In this document: positions 1 through 13,418 of the stretch, one piece after another
How positions within the stretch are numbered: position 1 is the first letter of the stretch
Layout: each line of letters opens with the position of its first letter
Assembly: GCA_050613775.1 (NCBI GenBank)
Contig: JBODTK010000105.1
Coordinates: forward strand, 372,001 to 436,000
Direction of reading: 5' to 3'
DNA from: Neocallimastix sp. 'constans'
Taxonomy: Eukaryota
Length of the DNA stretch: 64,000 nt
Made by a program: the position numbers and the translations under genes
The notes under the pieces: model-generated
Database searches by the model: none
What the model was told of the DNA's origin: nothing
Seen by the model: the letters and a program-made list of their open reading frames with translations, nothing else

Positions 1-760
1 ATGTTTTAAATCATGGTGATATAAAATTTTTTTGTCAAAGTACTAGAGTTCTGAAACTGTAATTGCTTTGAGATTCTGAAATTTTTGGACATGATACATT
101 TTTAATTAATAACATTTTAACTGATTTTTTGACTATTTTTGTCATTCGCATTATAACGCCGATTAATAGTATTGATTTGGAGTGTTTTATAAATTTCAAG
201 CTATTTTAAAAATGAATTAAATCATTTTATTTGACACACTCCAGAATTGAGAATACTACTTTAAGATTCATTGAAAATTTATTATTAAATATTCCATGCA
301 GATATTTTATGATAGAAAGTCAATAAGACTTAATTTTCACTTTTCAAATTTGTTGAATAGACCAGATTTCCTTAATTTCTAAATATCTTCAAAAACATTT
401 AAAAAATGTTGAAATATAGATGGAACATTCTTTAAGCCGAATGGTATAATTGTATATTCAAAATTGAAAAACTTTCAAGTAAAAGGCTATTTCGAATTCA
501 TATTATTGATACGGATAAGATTGCAAAAGAATCTAAAATAACTTTTAAAAAATCTTTCCCTTTCTTAGATGATTGAACATATTTTGAATTAATGGTATAA
601 ACAATCTCTTATAATTTTGTGAGTCGTAGTCGAAACATATTTGTCCATATTGATTAAATTCTAAAATATAGCTGATAATTCCCCCTATTCTTTTTCTTTT
701 AGAGTTCTAATTTCTTGTTTAAGAAGATTTTAAACCCTAACATCCCGAAGCCTATATTAA
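1..760 (-). pseudogene. Decayed Ty3/gypsy reverse transcriptase fragment
   Basis: Manual minus-strand translation near 400-520 gives NLIRI and FEYTIIPFGLKNVPSIFQ (RT motif B), with many stops and frameshifts. Boundaries approximate. Confidence 0.65.
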
Positions 761-1018
761 TGAACTGTAGTTTCTGTGTCAGTGATCATTTTCTCATTCC
801 AATGAAATTACTCAATTCATATCAAAGATGTAAATGCAAGATAAAATAAATAATGTTATTTTAAAATTCAATTTTGTGATGAAGTATTTTATATATCAGC
901 CGTTGCCGTCAAATCTTTTTTTAATGAAACTTACACAAATATATTTTCTATATTATCACACTTTTTAAATTTTTGTAGTTTATTTCTAATTTCCGTAAAA
1001 ATTTGTTTTATTCTGCTT

Positions 1019-1155
1019 TACTTAATATTAAGGATTCTCAAATATGTAGGATTGATTAATTTATGTTATTTAATAATGTTAATAAATAAAATTTATAATA
1101 TATTTTATTTAAAAATTTTCAAATATGTATATTTGAGAATCCTTAATATTAAGTA
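1019..1155. mobile_element. MITE-like element with perfect 27-bp terminal inverted repeats (including terminal TA)
   Basis: TACTTAATATTAAGGATTCTCAAATAT (1019-1045) is the exact reverse complement of 1129-1155. TA at both ends fits a Tc1/mariner-type TSD. Confidence 0.7.
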
Positions 1156-1339
1156 TATGTATAGAAAAAAGTATTAATTAACATAGAAAATTAAAGCTTG
1201 TAAAAATATTTCTCTATGTTAGTTAGGGTAAAAATATTTAGATTTAGTGATAGGAATAAAAATTTTAAACCTATAAAGGGATAAATTCTATTATATGAAA
1301 AAAAATATATAAAGAAACTATGGTGAATTTATAATAAAT

Positions 1340-1600
1340 AAAGAAAAATAAGCAAATACGTTACATGTAATCATTTAAACAAGGTTAGATATTCAATTTT
1401 CTGTTAGCGAAACAATTAAAAGTCTTTGATATTCTAACTAAATAATTCTACTGTAGAAAATTAAAATAATATAATGAAAATATTTCTTATATTTAAAAAG
1501 ACTATAAATCTTAGTTTAAATAATCCAGAACAATAGCATATATTGATGCTAATTTTGTATGAAACATATAAACTAGAAAATCAACTAATGAAATTAAATA
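1340..1600 (+). pseudogene. Decayed Ty1/copia RT/RNase H fragment
   Basis: Translates to TRLDIQFSVS (cf. TRPDI.FAV) and AYIDANF...TRKST (cf. copia RNase H YxDADxA..RKST). Confidence 0.6.
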
Positions 1601-3395
1601 TTGATAAAATTTAATTAAAATAAGTGTAGACATAAAAGCAGTAACTTATGAATAAAAATCAATCAATCCTAAAACTATTGTTTTAGGATTGATTGACAAA
1701 ATATTACATATGTAAAGAAAGAAAAAAAAAAAAAATTTATTGAATCACAAATAATTTGCATATATTTCCGAAATATCTAAATAATGGTTTGAAGTAAAAT
1801 TTAGGAATATACTATTATATAAATTAGAAGATTTAAAATTATAATAATAATATCATTCAAATATCACATTCCAAAGGAAATTCTATTATGGAATGTTGAA
1901 ATGCTTATTTTTTAATTAATATTTTTAATATTAAATAGTAATCAAATAATATATTTATTAAACTATTTACATTAAAGCAATTGAATAAATATAGATCTTC
2001 AATTTTCTCAAGAATAAATATATTTATTACGCAACATTTCTTTAAAATAATTTAAATAAAAGTATCATTTTAAAGTTAAGAATTATATAAAATATATTAT
2101 TTATTAATATTTTAATTGAATTCATCTTAATACTATTATATTATAATAGAATAAATAAATAAAGATTAAAGTTAGCGATAATTTCGGCTATAAAAAATAA
2201 AATAAAAAATAAATTATATTAATATTTTATTAATTTTATATAATAATTTTTAAATATTATATTCTTTTATTTCTATTTTTATTAAATACTTTTTATATTC
2301 TTGGCTATTTTTTTAAATATACTTTCTATCATTTCGAATTCAAATATTTGTCCATGAATTGGAAATCAATTCCTCTTAAATTTAATTTATTCATCTTCTT
2401 TTCATTTTTTTAAATATCTTTTTTATTTCTTATTCAAAAATGATAATTTCTTAATTGAAACTGATTACCCCGATACAATTTAAAATTACGAAGTAATAAT
2501 TTAAATTAATATTCATTAATAAATTTAAATAAAAACATTTCTTATTATTAAAAGAAATATCAAATATAGAAGTTGATAATTCTAGGAAAACTTTGCAAAT
2601 AAAAGTATATGATAATCCATTACTAATAACTATCTTAAATATTATTCTGAATACATTCAAAAAACAATTAAACAAGGTTTTGCCATTTTAATGCAATAAA
2701 AATATTTACTTTATATAATATATATTTAATTTAAAAATATAAATATTTATAATAATAATCATCAGTATTAACTATATATATTTAAAAACATAAATTATTT
2801 GATATTTATTTACAATTTAATTTTATATAATATCTAGAAAATAATAAATATAAAAAATATCATTCAATATTATTCATTATATTATTATTATTACAATAAT
2901 TAGTATTCTTTTTAAAATAAATAACCTTTATTATGATTATTATAATTAATTATTTGCTATTAATTAATTATACGTTAATCTCTTTTTATTTTTTATTATT
3001 TAATCATAACTTATATTGTATTCACGATTTTATTATATATATAAATATAAATTTAATTGTCTTGTGTGCATTGACCCTGTACTAATATACAATATATCAT
3101 TATTCCTGCAGTAATAACTGTTGGAGCACTAATGAGAGATAGATACCCAATATGTGTGTATGTATTTGAATTTTCTTATAATTAAATTACATAATGAATA
3201 AAGTATTAAAACATAAAACTATTTTTATTTATAATTTGTGTGTTTAAATTAAAAGATTATGTCATCTAGATATTAACATTTAAGTGTTATTAAGCAATTT
3301 ATAAATGGATAAGTTCAAAAAGAAAAATTCTAATAGGACAGCAAATCTATTAATATAAATTATAAGAAAGCTTTGGAAGCAAAACGATTAAAAAT

Positions 3396-3719
3396 GGGAG
3401 ACCTAGGTTATATTTCGAGTGTCATGTTAATATAAATGAATGAATAAATAAAAATTCAAAAAATGTTTTTTAAAACTTTCTTATAATATTTAATTAGTAA
3501 TCAATAATATTTTGACATTATTTTTAGAAATAATGTATTTTTAACATTTTGTATAATAGTAAAATGTCAAATTATTTATTTATTTAATAATTTTCAATTA
3601 ACGAAATGCAACCTGGCGAAATACATTTCGGCCAGGTTGCATTTAACCCCTAACATTTTTAATACACTACATGCTTTCAAAAAATTGGGGAAACACAACA
3701 GGCGAAATGCCTCACTCTC
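3396..3719. mobile_element. Possible non-autonomous Mutator-like DNA transposon
   Basis: G...C termini (GGGAG...CTCTC), weak TIR sharing ATTTCG, near-9-bp flanking duplication ATTAAAAAT/ATTAAAAT, and an internal GC-rich hairpin at 3604-3644. Confidence 0.4.
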
Positions 3720-4201
3720 ATTAAAATACTGTGTTTTGATTTAAAAGTGAGTTCTTTATTAGCAAAATTAATTATTAGTTGTGAATAATAAGTTAAATAA
3801 CACTATGAAGTAAGCAATAAGATGAAAGGATAATAATATAAAATAAGATTCCGAAAATATAATATGCTATTATAAAGAATTCATTGCAAAGGCTGAACTT
3901 ATCTTTATTCTTTATTTTTAACGATATTATAATGATAAAAATAATATCTTTTAAGTAATCTCTTGGTTATACAGAACAGCAATGAAATAGATATAAAATT
4001 CATGAATTAAAATTTATAATTTCTTAAATCAATTTTCTGAGTTGTTTGAACCAGTGCAAATAGTTCGATGGAATGATTATATGACAAATTAATCCAAAAT
4101 ACTAGTGTCATATAAGAAAATGTTCAATTTTGCAATCCTTTCTAGAAGTACCTTATTAATACTTTAAAGTCGTGCTGTTGATTACAAATGGTAACACTGA
4201 A

Positions 4202-4860
4202 TGATATGTATAAATTGTTTTATAAGAAAATAATTATTTTTAGTATATTAAAAAAAAATTTATTTATTAAATTTTAAATCATTAATTAATCAATTAATTT
4301 TGTAATATAATAAAATTACTTAATAATTAATTAATAAAAACACAAAAGTAATATTTTAGAGAAAATTTAATTATTAATATACAGAATAACAGTTATATGA
4401 TTTTCAAAAATTTAGAATCATGGAAAATTTGTTAAAAACTGATATTCTCTTTAGAATTAGTAACTAATGGAAGAACAAACAAAATAGAATGTATAATTCT
4501 CTCTCTGAAAACAATATCAAGAAGAAGCTACCGCCCGGAATGCCCTTCATGATACAATCTCTAAATTAATTTTTATATTTTAATTTAATAAATGTTATTT
4601 TTTTTTTTTAAAAAAATATAATTTAAAATAATAGTTAAAAAATAAAATAAAATAGTTAATAGTTTTTTTTATAAAGAATATATAAATGATAAATAAAATG
4701 TATTAAAATAAAAGTATAAGAAGAAGAATAAATTTCTTTCTTTTTAATACAGGAACAAAATAATTTTAGTTTTAATTTTAAATAAAGAATATTTTAAAAA
4801 ATAATTTTTTTTGAAGTGTAAGTCAAATTCCAGTTCAATTCATAGATATATCTCTTACCA
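4202..4860 (+). mobile_element. Solo LTR, mosaic with family-A LTR sequence
   Basis: TGATA...TACCA termini, flanks CTGAA/CTGTA (4/5 TSD). About 4490-4812 is near-identical to 16416-16727 and 25322-25634. Confidence 0.55.
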
Positions 4861-5299
4861 CTGTACTAAGATTTCTTAGTGATTTTCTAAAATAATACAT
4901 AAAACTAAATTAATAAAAACATTTTCAAATACATGTAATTATAATATACATGAAAAATTTAAACTAAAATAATTAAAGTATATAAATAGAAATTATCAAA
5001 GATTATTACTAATATTTTAAAAAATAAAAATATTAATAACTATAATATTAATATAATAAAAAATGTTTAATGAATAATTAATTTATTTTCATACTTTTAA
5101 AAGTTTCGGACAATTAAGATTGCTTTCGATTCTCATGATATGTTAATTTATATAGCCTTTAGTATTTATGAGAAATTGTGTTTTTTCATAATGCTTTTTT
5201 ACATCAAGAATTTCTTGTACTCTAAATTTCTTCTTCATTTATTATTATTGATGGTGGTGGTTCTTGTTTTATTTTAAAATTAACATTAAGATAGAGCTC

Positions 5300-6210
5300 A
5301 AACTCAATACAAATATTGGGGTGCATTCTCAAATTATTTTGGTAATTCTAACTGATATGATACTGATGAAATATTGTTAATAATTTTAAAAGATCTAAAT
5401 TTTCTGATATTAATTTTTTATTTATGTATTACAAATGTACTGCTCAATCTTACTTCATTACCAAGTTTAAAATTGATGTTTCAGATAGATGTTTGTTAAC
5501 AAGTAATTCTTATTTCTTGTCGGATTCATTTAAATGTTCTTTAAATTGCTAAAATAATTCTGATTAATCTTTTATTATTTCATCAGCTTGTGACACATTT
5601 TAACTGCTAGGAATTGTAGGTGAATGTTTTGGATTATATATGTTGTTTCAATGTTATTTTCATTTGAATTTGGGAAATATTTATAATAATTATAGCCAAG
5701 AATGTAAAGTGGTATTTTTGATTATGTGACTTCAATTTTGAATTCATAATTGACTGATGATTACCATTAAGTGCTGATTTGTACTCCATTACTTGAATTT
5801 ATAAGCTGATTTTTATGCTTCTTTGATGGTTTCAGCATCATCATATAATACTGCATTGCATTCTTCGTGTCTACTTTCAAATGATTTTAAATAATCATTA
5901 ACCTTAATACATGGTTTCATATCAGTACTAACTTGAAAGTGTAATTCAAAGTAATTTTTATTAAATTAGTCTTCGTTAACCTTGATAATAAGGCTCTTAA
6001 CTTTATCATATATATCTGTTTATGAGAGAGTATTAATCTGTAAAATGGCATTCTTTATTTTATTTAAAGAAGAATAATCATCGCTACCTTCTTTCAGATT
6101 AGTAATAACTTATTTAGTGTCCTCCTCAGATACTAAATATGCTAATCTATGCTGTTTTTCTGTATCGATAATCCTCCTAATTTTATTAAGTTATCGAAAT
6201 CTTCATACCA
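5300..6210 (-). pseudogene. gag: Decayed gypsy gag fragment
   Basis: Minus-strand translation WYEDF...SLNKIKNAIL...FNKNYFELH...IKVNDYLKS parallels the element C Gag (WYDQF...TLEQMRDALL...FNQKYLKLY...ITSYDYLDA). Confidence 0.6.
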
Positions 6211-6499
6211 TTTAATTAAAAATAATAATAATTCACACTAAAATCACAAATGTTAATTTATAAAAATCTATATTTAATAATTTCATTTAATTTTACAATT
6301 TAATTAATTTTGAAATGTCAATTTCATATAATTCAGATTTTAAAATTTCGGTCTAATACTAAATTTCACAATAATTAATACCAATAATATTTGTCAAAAT
6401 AGTGATTAATTTAATTTAATATTTAATATTGAGAATAATCACTTATGTATATATTTAAAATGAAAGGTATAAAAAATTCAAAATATTATTCCTTAAAAA

Positions 6500-7845
6500 T
6501 AATTCTTAATGCTTGATGTAGGAATACTTTTCTTAAAAAGACCAAATAATGGTTTATGATCAGTTATGAAATTGGTTGGATTTTTACTGCTAATTATATA
6601 TTGCCTAAAATGATTTATACTAAATATTACAGCTAGTCCTTCTAGATCGGTGGCTGAGTAATTTTTTTCTGATTTTGAAAGTGTTCTGTTTATGCAGCAT
6701 ATTGGATGTTCTAGATTATCCCCTTCCTTCTGTAAAAGAACACTTCCAATACCTTTTGTAGAGGCATCGGTTCTAACAATAAAGTCTTTTTCGAAGTCAG
6801 GATAAATAAGAATTGAGTCTGAAAGTTAGCATTCTTTAATAGTTTCAAAAGCTTCTTGGCATTTAGTTGACCATACAAAATTTGTATTTATCTTTAATAA
6901 TTGAAAAAGTAGATCAACGATTATAGAGAAATTTTTGATATACTTTCTGTAGTAGCTTCCTAGACCTAAGAATGATCTTAATTCATTTACATCTTTTGGA
7001 TTATCCCATTGAGCAATACTTTGGACTTTTGAAGGAATAGTTTTTAGTCCTTTAGAAGTTAATACATGTCCAAGAACTTTGATACGTTCTTGGAAGAATT
7101 TACATTTTTGTATATTTAATGAAAGATTATACATAGAGAATATTTTAAAGACTTGTTCGAGATGATCTAGATGTTCTTTTAAAGACTTAGAGTAAATTAC
7201 TATATCATCAAGATATACAAAAAGACACTTTCCGAGTAAAGGTAAAAGAATACTATTCATCTCTCGTTGAAATGTAGCGGGTGCATTAGCCAAACCAAAG
7301 GGCATTACTTTAAAATTGTAGTTTCCGAATTTCGTTGTGAAGGTAGTTTTTTCTATATCATCTGGATATTGGAATTTTTTGATATCCAGAATATCAATCA
7401 AGAAGAGAATATTTTTACAGCATTAACTGAGTATATTAATTCGTCTATAAAAGGAAGTTCATGAGTCTTTTACTGTTATTTCATTTAGTTTTTTGTAGTT
7501 TATGCACGTTCTCCTTTCCCGTTTTTCTTTTCTACTAATAATACAGGAAAGGACCATGAAGAATGGGAAGGAATGATTAGTTCTTTCTCTAAAAGCGAGA
7601 TAATTTCATTTTTAATTATGTCTGAGTGTTCCTTTGAAAGTTTATACGGCTTAAATTTGATAGGTTTATTTGTAGTAGTGATTATTGTGTGGGGTTCTAA
7701 TTTTGCCATACTTAGTTGAGACAAAGAAGTAGCTATACAATTCTTATATATGTTAATTAAATTTTCGAATTGTACTCTTATTTTTTCTGGGACTGATTCA
7801 ACTATTTGATTAATTGCTTTTACCCTTCAATATTGTTTGTTTCTT
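6500..7845 (-). pseudogene. pol: Element E: gypsy RT-RNase H, frameshifted, lacking gag, protease and integrase
   Basis: ORFs 7500-7724 and 6826-7401 carry MPFGLANAPATFQ and YLDD. RNase H motifs TDAS and ITDHKPL lie downstream. Confidence 0.9.
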
Positions 7846-7850
7846 CTCCC

Positions 7851-7868
7851 CCCCCACATTGGGCGTTA
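7851..7868 (-). promoter_or_regulatory. Degenerate primer-binding site, tRNA-Lys(CUU) 3' end
   Basis: Minus strand reads TAACGCCCAATGTGGGGG, 2 nt after an LTR end (TTTTATCA). Compare canonical Lys PBS TGGCGCCCAACGTGGGGC. Confidence 0.7.
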
Positions 7869-7870
7869 AT

Positions 7871-8821
7871 TGATAAAAAGTAACAATTATCTTAATTTAG
7901 AAATTATTCTAAAAGTGGTAATTGCCTATCAAAATTATTTTATAATCTATTATTTATTAATATTATTTATTATTATTTATTATTATTTATTATTATTTTC
8001 TAGTTTAATAACTAATTATAAATAATTTTTATTAACTAAATTAATAATTATTTAATTACACATTAAATGAATTATCAATTTTTATATTTTATTAAAATTT
8101 TATTATTAAATTTTTTTATTATTAACTTTATTTATAATAATTATGTATATAATAAATTTTTATTAATTATTAATTATTTATTATAGAATAATTTATTTTT
8201 ACTATTTTCTAATATTTCTAAACTCTCCTAAATTATAGCTAAAATTTATAATTTTATTAAGCTATTTTATTTTATATTTATTTAATTATAATGTAAAATA
8301 TAATTATTATTTATCTTTATTAATTTTTTTTTATAATTATCTAATTTATTTTATTTGTTTTATTTTGGTTATTATTCATTATTTTATTAATTTAATAATC
8401 TAATAACAACGAAGAATAATTAAAAGAAATATTTACAAGTATTTATATTTTTACACGAACTTAAGGTATTTATAATTTTAGTAAGAAAATGAAATAAAAA
8501 AATAAATATTTTTATATTAAAAGAAATAAAAGAATAATTATAATTTATTAAAGGAATAAAGGAATAAGTAAGAAATAAAAGAATAATAATAAAGAAATAA
8601 TATCGTCGATAAAAATAAGATTATTAAAAGTTATCTTTTAAAATTGTTACAATATTATTCTAAAATATAAATTTTCTAGAAGATCATGATGGATTTTTAA
8701 TTTTAATTTTATTAAGGCAGAATTATTTAAGGTTCAGATAATTTAATCTAATTTAAGGTAAAAATTTATTTTTAAATAAATTTTATTATAATATTTGAAT
8801 TTATAATTTCATTCTTCATCA
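7871..8821 (-). mobile_element. 5' LTR of element E
   Basis: TGATAAAA...CTTCATCA inverted termini with an adjacent PBS. It truncates the 3' LTR of D. Confidence 0.55.
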
Positions 8822-9117
8822 TTTAATGATAAATAACGAAATTATAAAATCAAAATAAATAATAAATAATAAATTTTTATTTAACTTAACCCAAAAACTA
8901 AAAAGTTCAATAAATTATTATTAATATTTTAATTTATTAGTTTCTTTTAATAATCAATATTTTTAAAATGTAAGTAAATTATTATAAATAATAAATATTT
9001 TATTTTTTTGTTTTATTAGTTTTAATAATCATTGTTTTGTTATTAATTTAAAAAAAATTAATAATTAAATAAATAAATATTAACTGTAAGTTATTGATTC
9101 TGTTATAACTCTTTTCC

Positions 9118-12030
9118 TTAAAGACGGATTCCAGACGTCTTAGGTTTTGGTTTATTTGGATACTTCTTGTGGAATTCAGCAAGAAATTTATTACAATGAA
9201 GATTCTCAAAAGGTTCCCATGAGTTTTCAGAATCATCATAACCTTTCCAATAAATTAAATACTTAATTTGGTTATGAAATATTTTGAATCAAGAGTAGAT
9301 TCAACTTCATATTCTTTTTCTCCATTAAGTTTTGGAGTTGGGATATTTCTTTCTGTAAATTCATTTTCATAGGCTGGCTCAAGAAGTGAAATGTGGAAAA
9401 CAGGAAATATCCTGAAAGAGTTTGGAAGCTTTAATTTATAGCTTATCTCTGAAACTTTAGAATAGTAAATGGACTAGATTTCTTTGGAGAAAGTTTACCT
9501 TTTTTATTATTTATTAAATCGTTCCTTATCAGCTAAACTTTTGAGCCAACTTTAAACTCAGGCGGAGACATATGTTTATCATCATAATATTTTTTTTTGA
9601 AAATCAACAGCACTTTGAAGATTTTCTTTAAGTACATTTCTTAATACCTTTAAGTCTTTAGCAATAATTTCAGCACGACTGACAATAGAAGCATCTGGAG
9701 TAGAAGGATCAAATTTAGGATTAAAACCATAATTAAGAAAGAAAGGGGTAGCATTTGCAGATTCTTGTATTGTGTTATTGTAAGCAAATTCTGCAAGAGA
9801 TAAATATTCTATCCAATTATTTTGTTGATAATTGATATAACATCTTAAATATTGTTCAAGTATTGCATTTACCCTCTCCGTTTGACCATTAGTTTGCTGA
9901 TGATGAGCAAAGGATAAGCAAAGATCAACATGAAGTAAATTAAATAATCTATTCCAAAATTTTGTAGTAATCTGAGTATCTCTCTCTGACACAATATCCT
10001 TTGGCAAACCATGAAATTTGAAAATGGAGTTAAGAAATTGTACAGCACAAGCCTCAGCAGAAGGAACTGATTTAAAAGGAATAATATGAGTCATCTTCGT
10101 AAAGCGATCAACTATGACAAGAATACAAGACATTCTATTGGAAGAGGGAAGGTCAGTAATAAAATCCATTGAAATTGATTCCCAAGGATTATTACCAATA
10201 GGTAAAGATTTATGTAAATCATAAGGTTCAATGACGAGGAACCTTTGAAGCGCAGCAAATATTACAAGAACGAAAATATTTTTTAATATCCTTATACATA
10301 CCAGGCCACCAATAATTTCTAGAAACTAAGCCAGAGGTTTTATTTATGCCAAAGTTGCCAGAAGTACGGGAATCATGATAAGAACAAAGAATTTTAAATC
10401 TAAGGCATTCAGGAATATAAATATGATTGTAATATAAAAGAATACCATTGGAGAATGAAAGGTGTTCAACAGATGCAATGGACTTATCATCAGCGGAAGG
10501 CTTTTCAAAATATATCTTAACATTATTAAAGAAAGGGTCCTTGGAGTTTGGAGTAACACTTTTTAATTTCATCTTGTAGATTTGATTCAATAGAGATCCT
10601 TGAAGTAAAACAAAAATTTTCCGGTTTAAGTTACTTGGTAAGGTTTAGCAGGTTCATGATTATCATAATCAGGACGGGATAAAACGTCTGACTTACCACC
10701 GCTAAAACCTGGACGATACTCAATTTGAAAGTTATAATGAGTAAAGAACATTGACCATCTAATTAAACGTTGTGATAGTTGTTCGAGTTTCTTAAAGTAG
10801 AGTAGATTTCTATGGTCAATAAGAATTTTAATAAATTTCTTAGCACCTTCTAAATAGTACCTCCAAGTTTCAAAAGCAGTCTTAATAGCAATTAACTTTT
10901 TATTATAAATTAGATAATTGCATTCAACAGAGGTAAAAGCTCTTGAATAGAAAGTAATTGGATGAAGTTTATTATCTTTAGAGCTAACTTGGGATAAAAT
11001 ACATCCAAGCGCAAAATTACTTGCATCCGTTTCAACAAAAAATTGAGAATTAGGATCAGCAGGAATAAAAATGGGAGCAGAAGTAAAAGAACGTTTAAGA
11101 AGTTCAAAGGAGTCATTAGCATCTTTTGACCATACAAAAGTATTATTTTTTCTTTTAAGCTTATTAAGAGAATAAGCAATTTTAGCAAAATTTTTTATTA
11201 AACGTCTGTAGAAATTGGCTAGGCCAAGAAACGATTGAACTTCTTTAACTGTAGTTGGAATAGACAAATCTAAAATTGCTGAAACTTTCTTAATATCCAT
11301 CTTAAGACTTTCTGAAGATACATAATATCCTAAAAATTTAACTTTGAACTTATCAAACTCACATTTTTCAAGGTTAACATGTAAATGAAATTTCCTAAGT
11401 TGTAATAGTACTTTTTTAACGTGTAAATAGTGTTCAAAAAGATCATCAGAAAAAATGATAATATCATCAATATAGGCATAGCAAAATTTACCTAAATAAT
11501 CACTTAATGCAAGATCAATCATTCTTTGAAAACAGGCGGGTGCATTTTTGAAACCGAAAGGCATAATTCTAAATTCAAAGTGTCCTAGGCTACATACAAA
11601 AGTTATTTTGTATTCATCACCTGGCCTGATTCGAATTTGGAAGTAAGCAGATTTCAATTCAAGCTTAGAGTAATACTTATGACCAGGAGTTTTATTAAAA
11701 ATGACAATTGTTAAAGGTATAGGATAACTATCTCTAATGGTGATTTCATTAAGTTTCCTAAGATCAATACGCATACGTAACTCACCATTATCTTTTGGAG
11801 CAAATAAAATTGAATGACCAGCTTGGGATTTTGACCGAACAAAAAAACCTTATTTTAAATAGTCTTTAATAATTTTTTCTAAAGCTATTTCTTCGGGAAT
11901 TGTAAGAGGATAAATTGCACTACAATACAAATTAGCATTAGGTTTAAGGTCAATAGCATAATCAAAACTAGAATGAGGAGGTAAGATTTTAGCTTCTTCT
12001 TCACTGAATATAAGGATTCTTGGTAAATAA
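9118..12030 (-). pseudogene. pol: D pol: RT, RNase H, integrase and C-terminal chromodomain (frameshifted)
   Basis: YIDD, ETDAS, integrase zinc-finger region and MDFITDLP core. 9120-9320 translates to EYEVE..LDS..YLIYWKGYDDSENSWEP, a chromodomain. Confidence 0.92.
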
Positions 12031-12429
12031 CGGGGTGTGTTTTATTTGGAGTATCCATGTTTGGGGATTAAGCAATTGAATTCTTCAACAATGAAGGAGA
12101 AATAGAAGAATTATCAATCAAAGAATTATTAGGGGTGCATGAACTGGAATAGGCTGATTTCGAAGAGATTGAGTCGGAAGTATTAGAAGAAAGAGAAAGT
12201 GAAGTAGAATTAACCGAGGTTGAAGGTTATGCTTCTAATAAAGAAGAATTCGAAACATTATTATTACCATTACAAAAAATTAAGATATTATTGTTGAAAT
12301 CAATTAATGATTTATTTTCTTTAAGAAATCTATAACCAATTAAATACCAAAATTTGTCATTTAAATCAAACAAAAAATTCTGTTAAGACCTGAAAGTTAC
12401 TAATTTTGAATAATATTGGGATAGTTTTA

Positions 12430-13418
12430 TTAACAATGTCCTTTCCTACCAGTAATGTTATCAGCTTCTAAATTGTCATATACAAGCTTAAAATTATTAA
12501 TTTTAGCAAAATTAGTATCCATAAGATTCAAGTCGAAGCCGGAATCTATAAGAGCCTTAACTTTAATCCATTTATTTTTGTAATTAAAGGAACACTTAAT
12601 AATACAATTCTTATTAAATTTCATAGAAGAATTAGATCTAGCCATATGGGAGGAGCCAGGTTTATTTGCTTTTTTTGGACAATTTATTAATTTATGACCT
12701 GATTGTTCACAATATAGGCAAATCCCTTCCTTAATTATTTCTCTTTCTTCAGGAGATAAATGAGAGTAATTAGATTTATTATTTGATCTGGAAGGAAAAT
12801 TAGGATTAATATTTCTATTATTGCAAGAGTTAAATCTAAAATTCTTTCTTTTATTACAAGAATTATTATTATTGCTATTATTTCTAGAATTGTAGTTGTT
12901 GATTATTGCGAATCGAGTCATTTGATGATCTATACGATTGGTAATTCGCATTAGTTCACTTAATTTGGCAGGAGGAGGGAACAAACTAATTACTCTTTCT
13001 TGAAGTTTTGGTAGCAACCCTTCAATATAAGCATCCATTAAGGCAAATTCATTCCAGTCTTTTTTTACGAAAGTCTGAGGAATTCATTATTGTAATCAGT
13101 GACTTTATTATACGCTTTTTGCTTAATATGCATAAGAGCTTGATTACAATTAAAAACTGCATCTACGTTACTGAATCTATCCTTCATAAGTTCAATGAAA
13201 GCGTTAAAATTGTCAAGGACTGGGTTATTTTCATTCATCAAGTCTGCAGCCCAATCCATAGCTTCATCTCTTAACAAAGTGATGGTATAAGCTACTTTTA
13301 ACGGATTATTAGTGAATTATTCAGTACGAAGAGCGATGGCTAATCCAATATAAGCTAAAAATCCTCTGAGCTTAGTTGAATCACCATTAAAATGAAAATC
13401 GTTTGATGAAGAAGACAT
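12430..13418 (-). pseudogene. gag: D gag with zinc knuckle and aspartic protease
   Basis: FNGDSTKLRGF...LRDEAMDWA retrotransposon gag, CLYCEQSGHKLINC (CCHC), and ALIDSG protease motif. Confidence 0.88.

Noticed and set aside
3060..3150. Possible host exon (IIIPAVITVGALM)
   Set aside because: Too short, with no supportable gene model.
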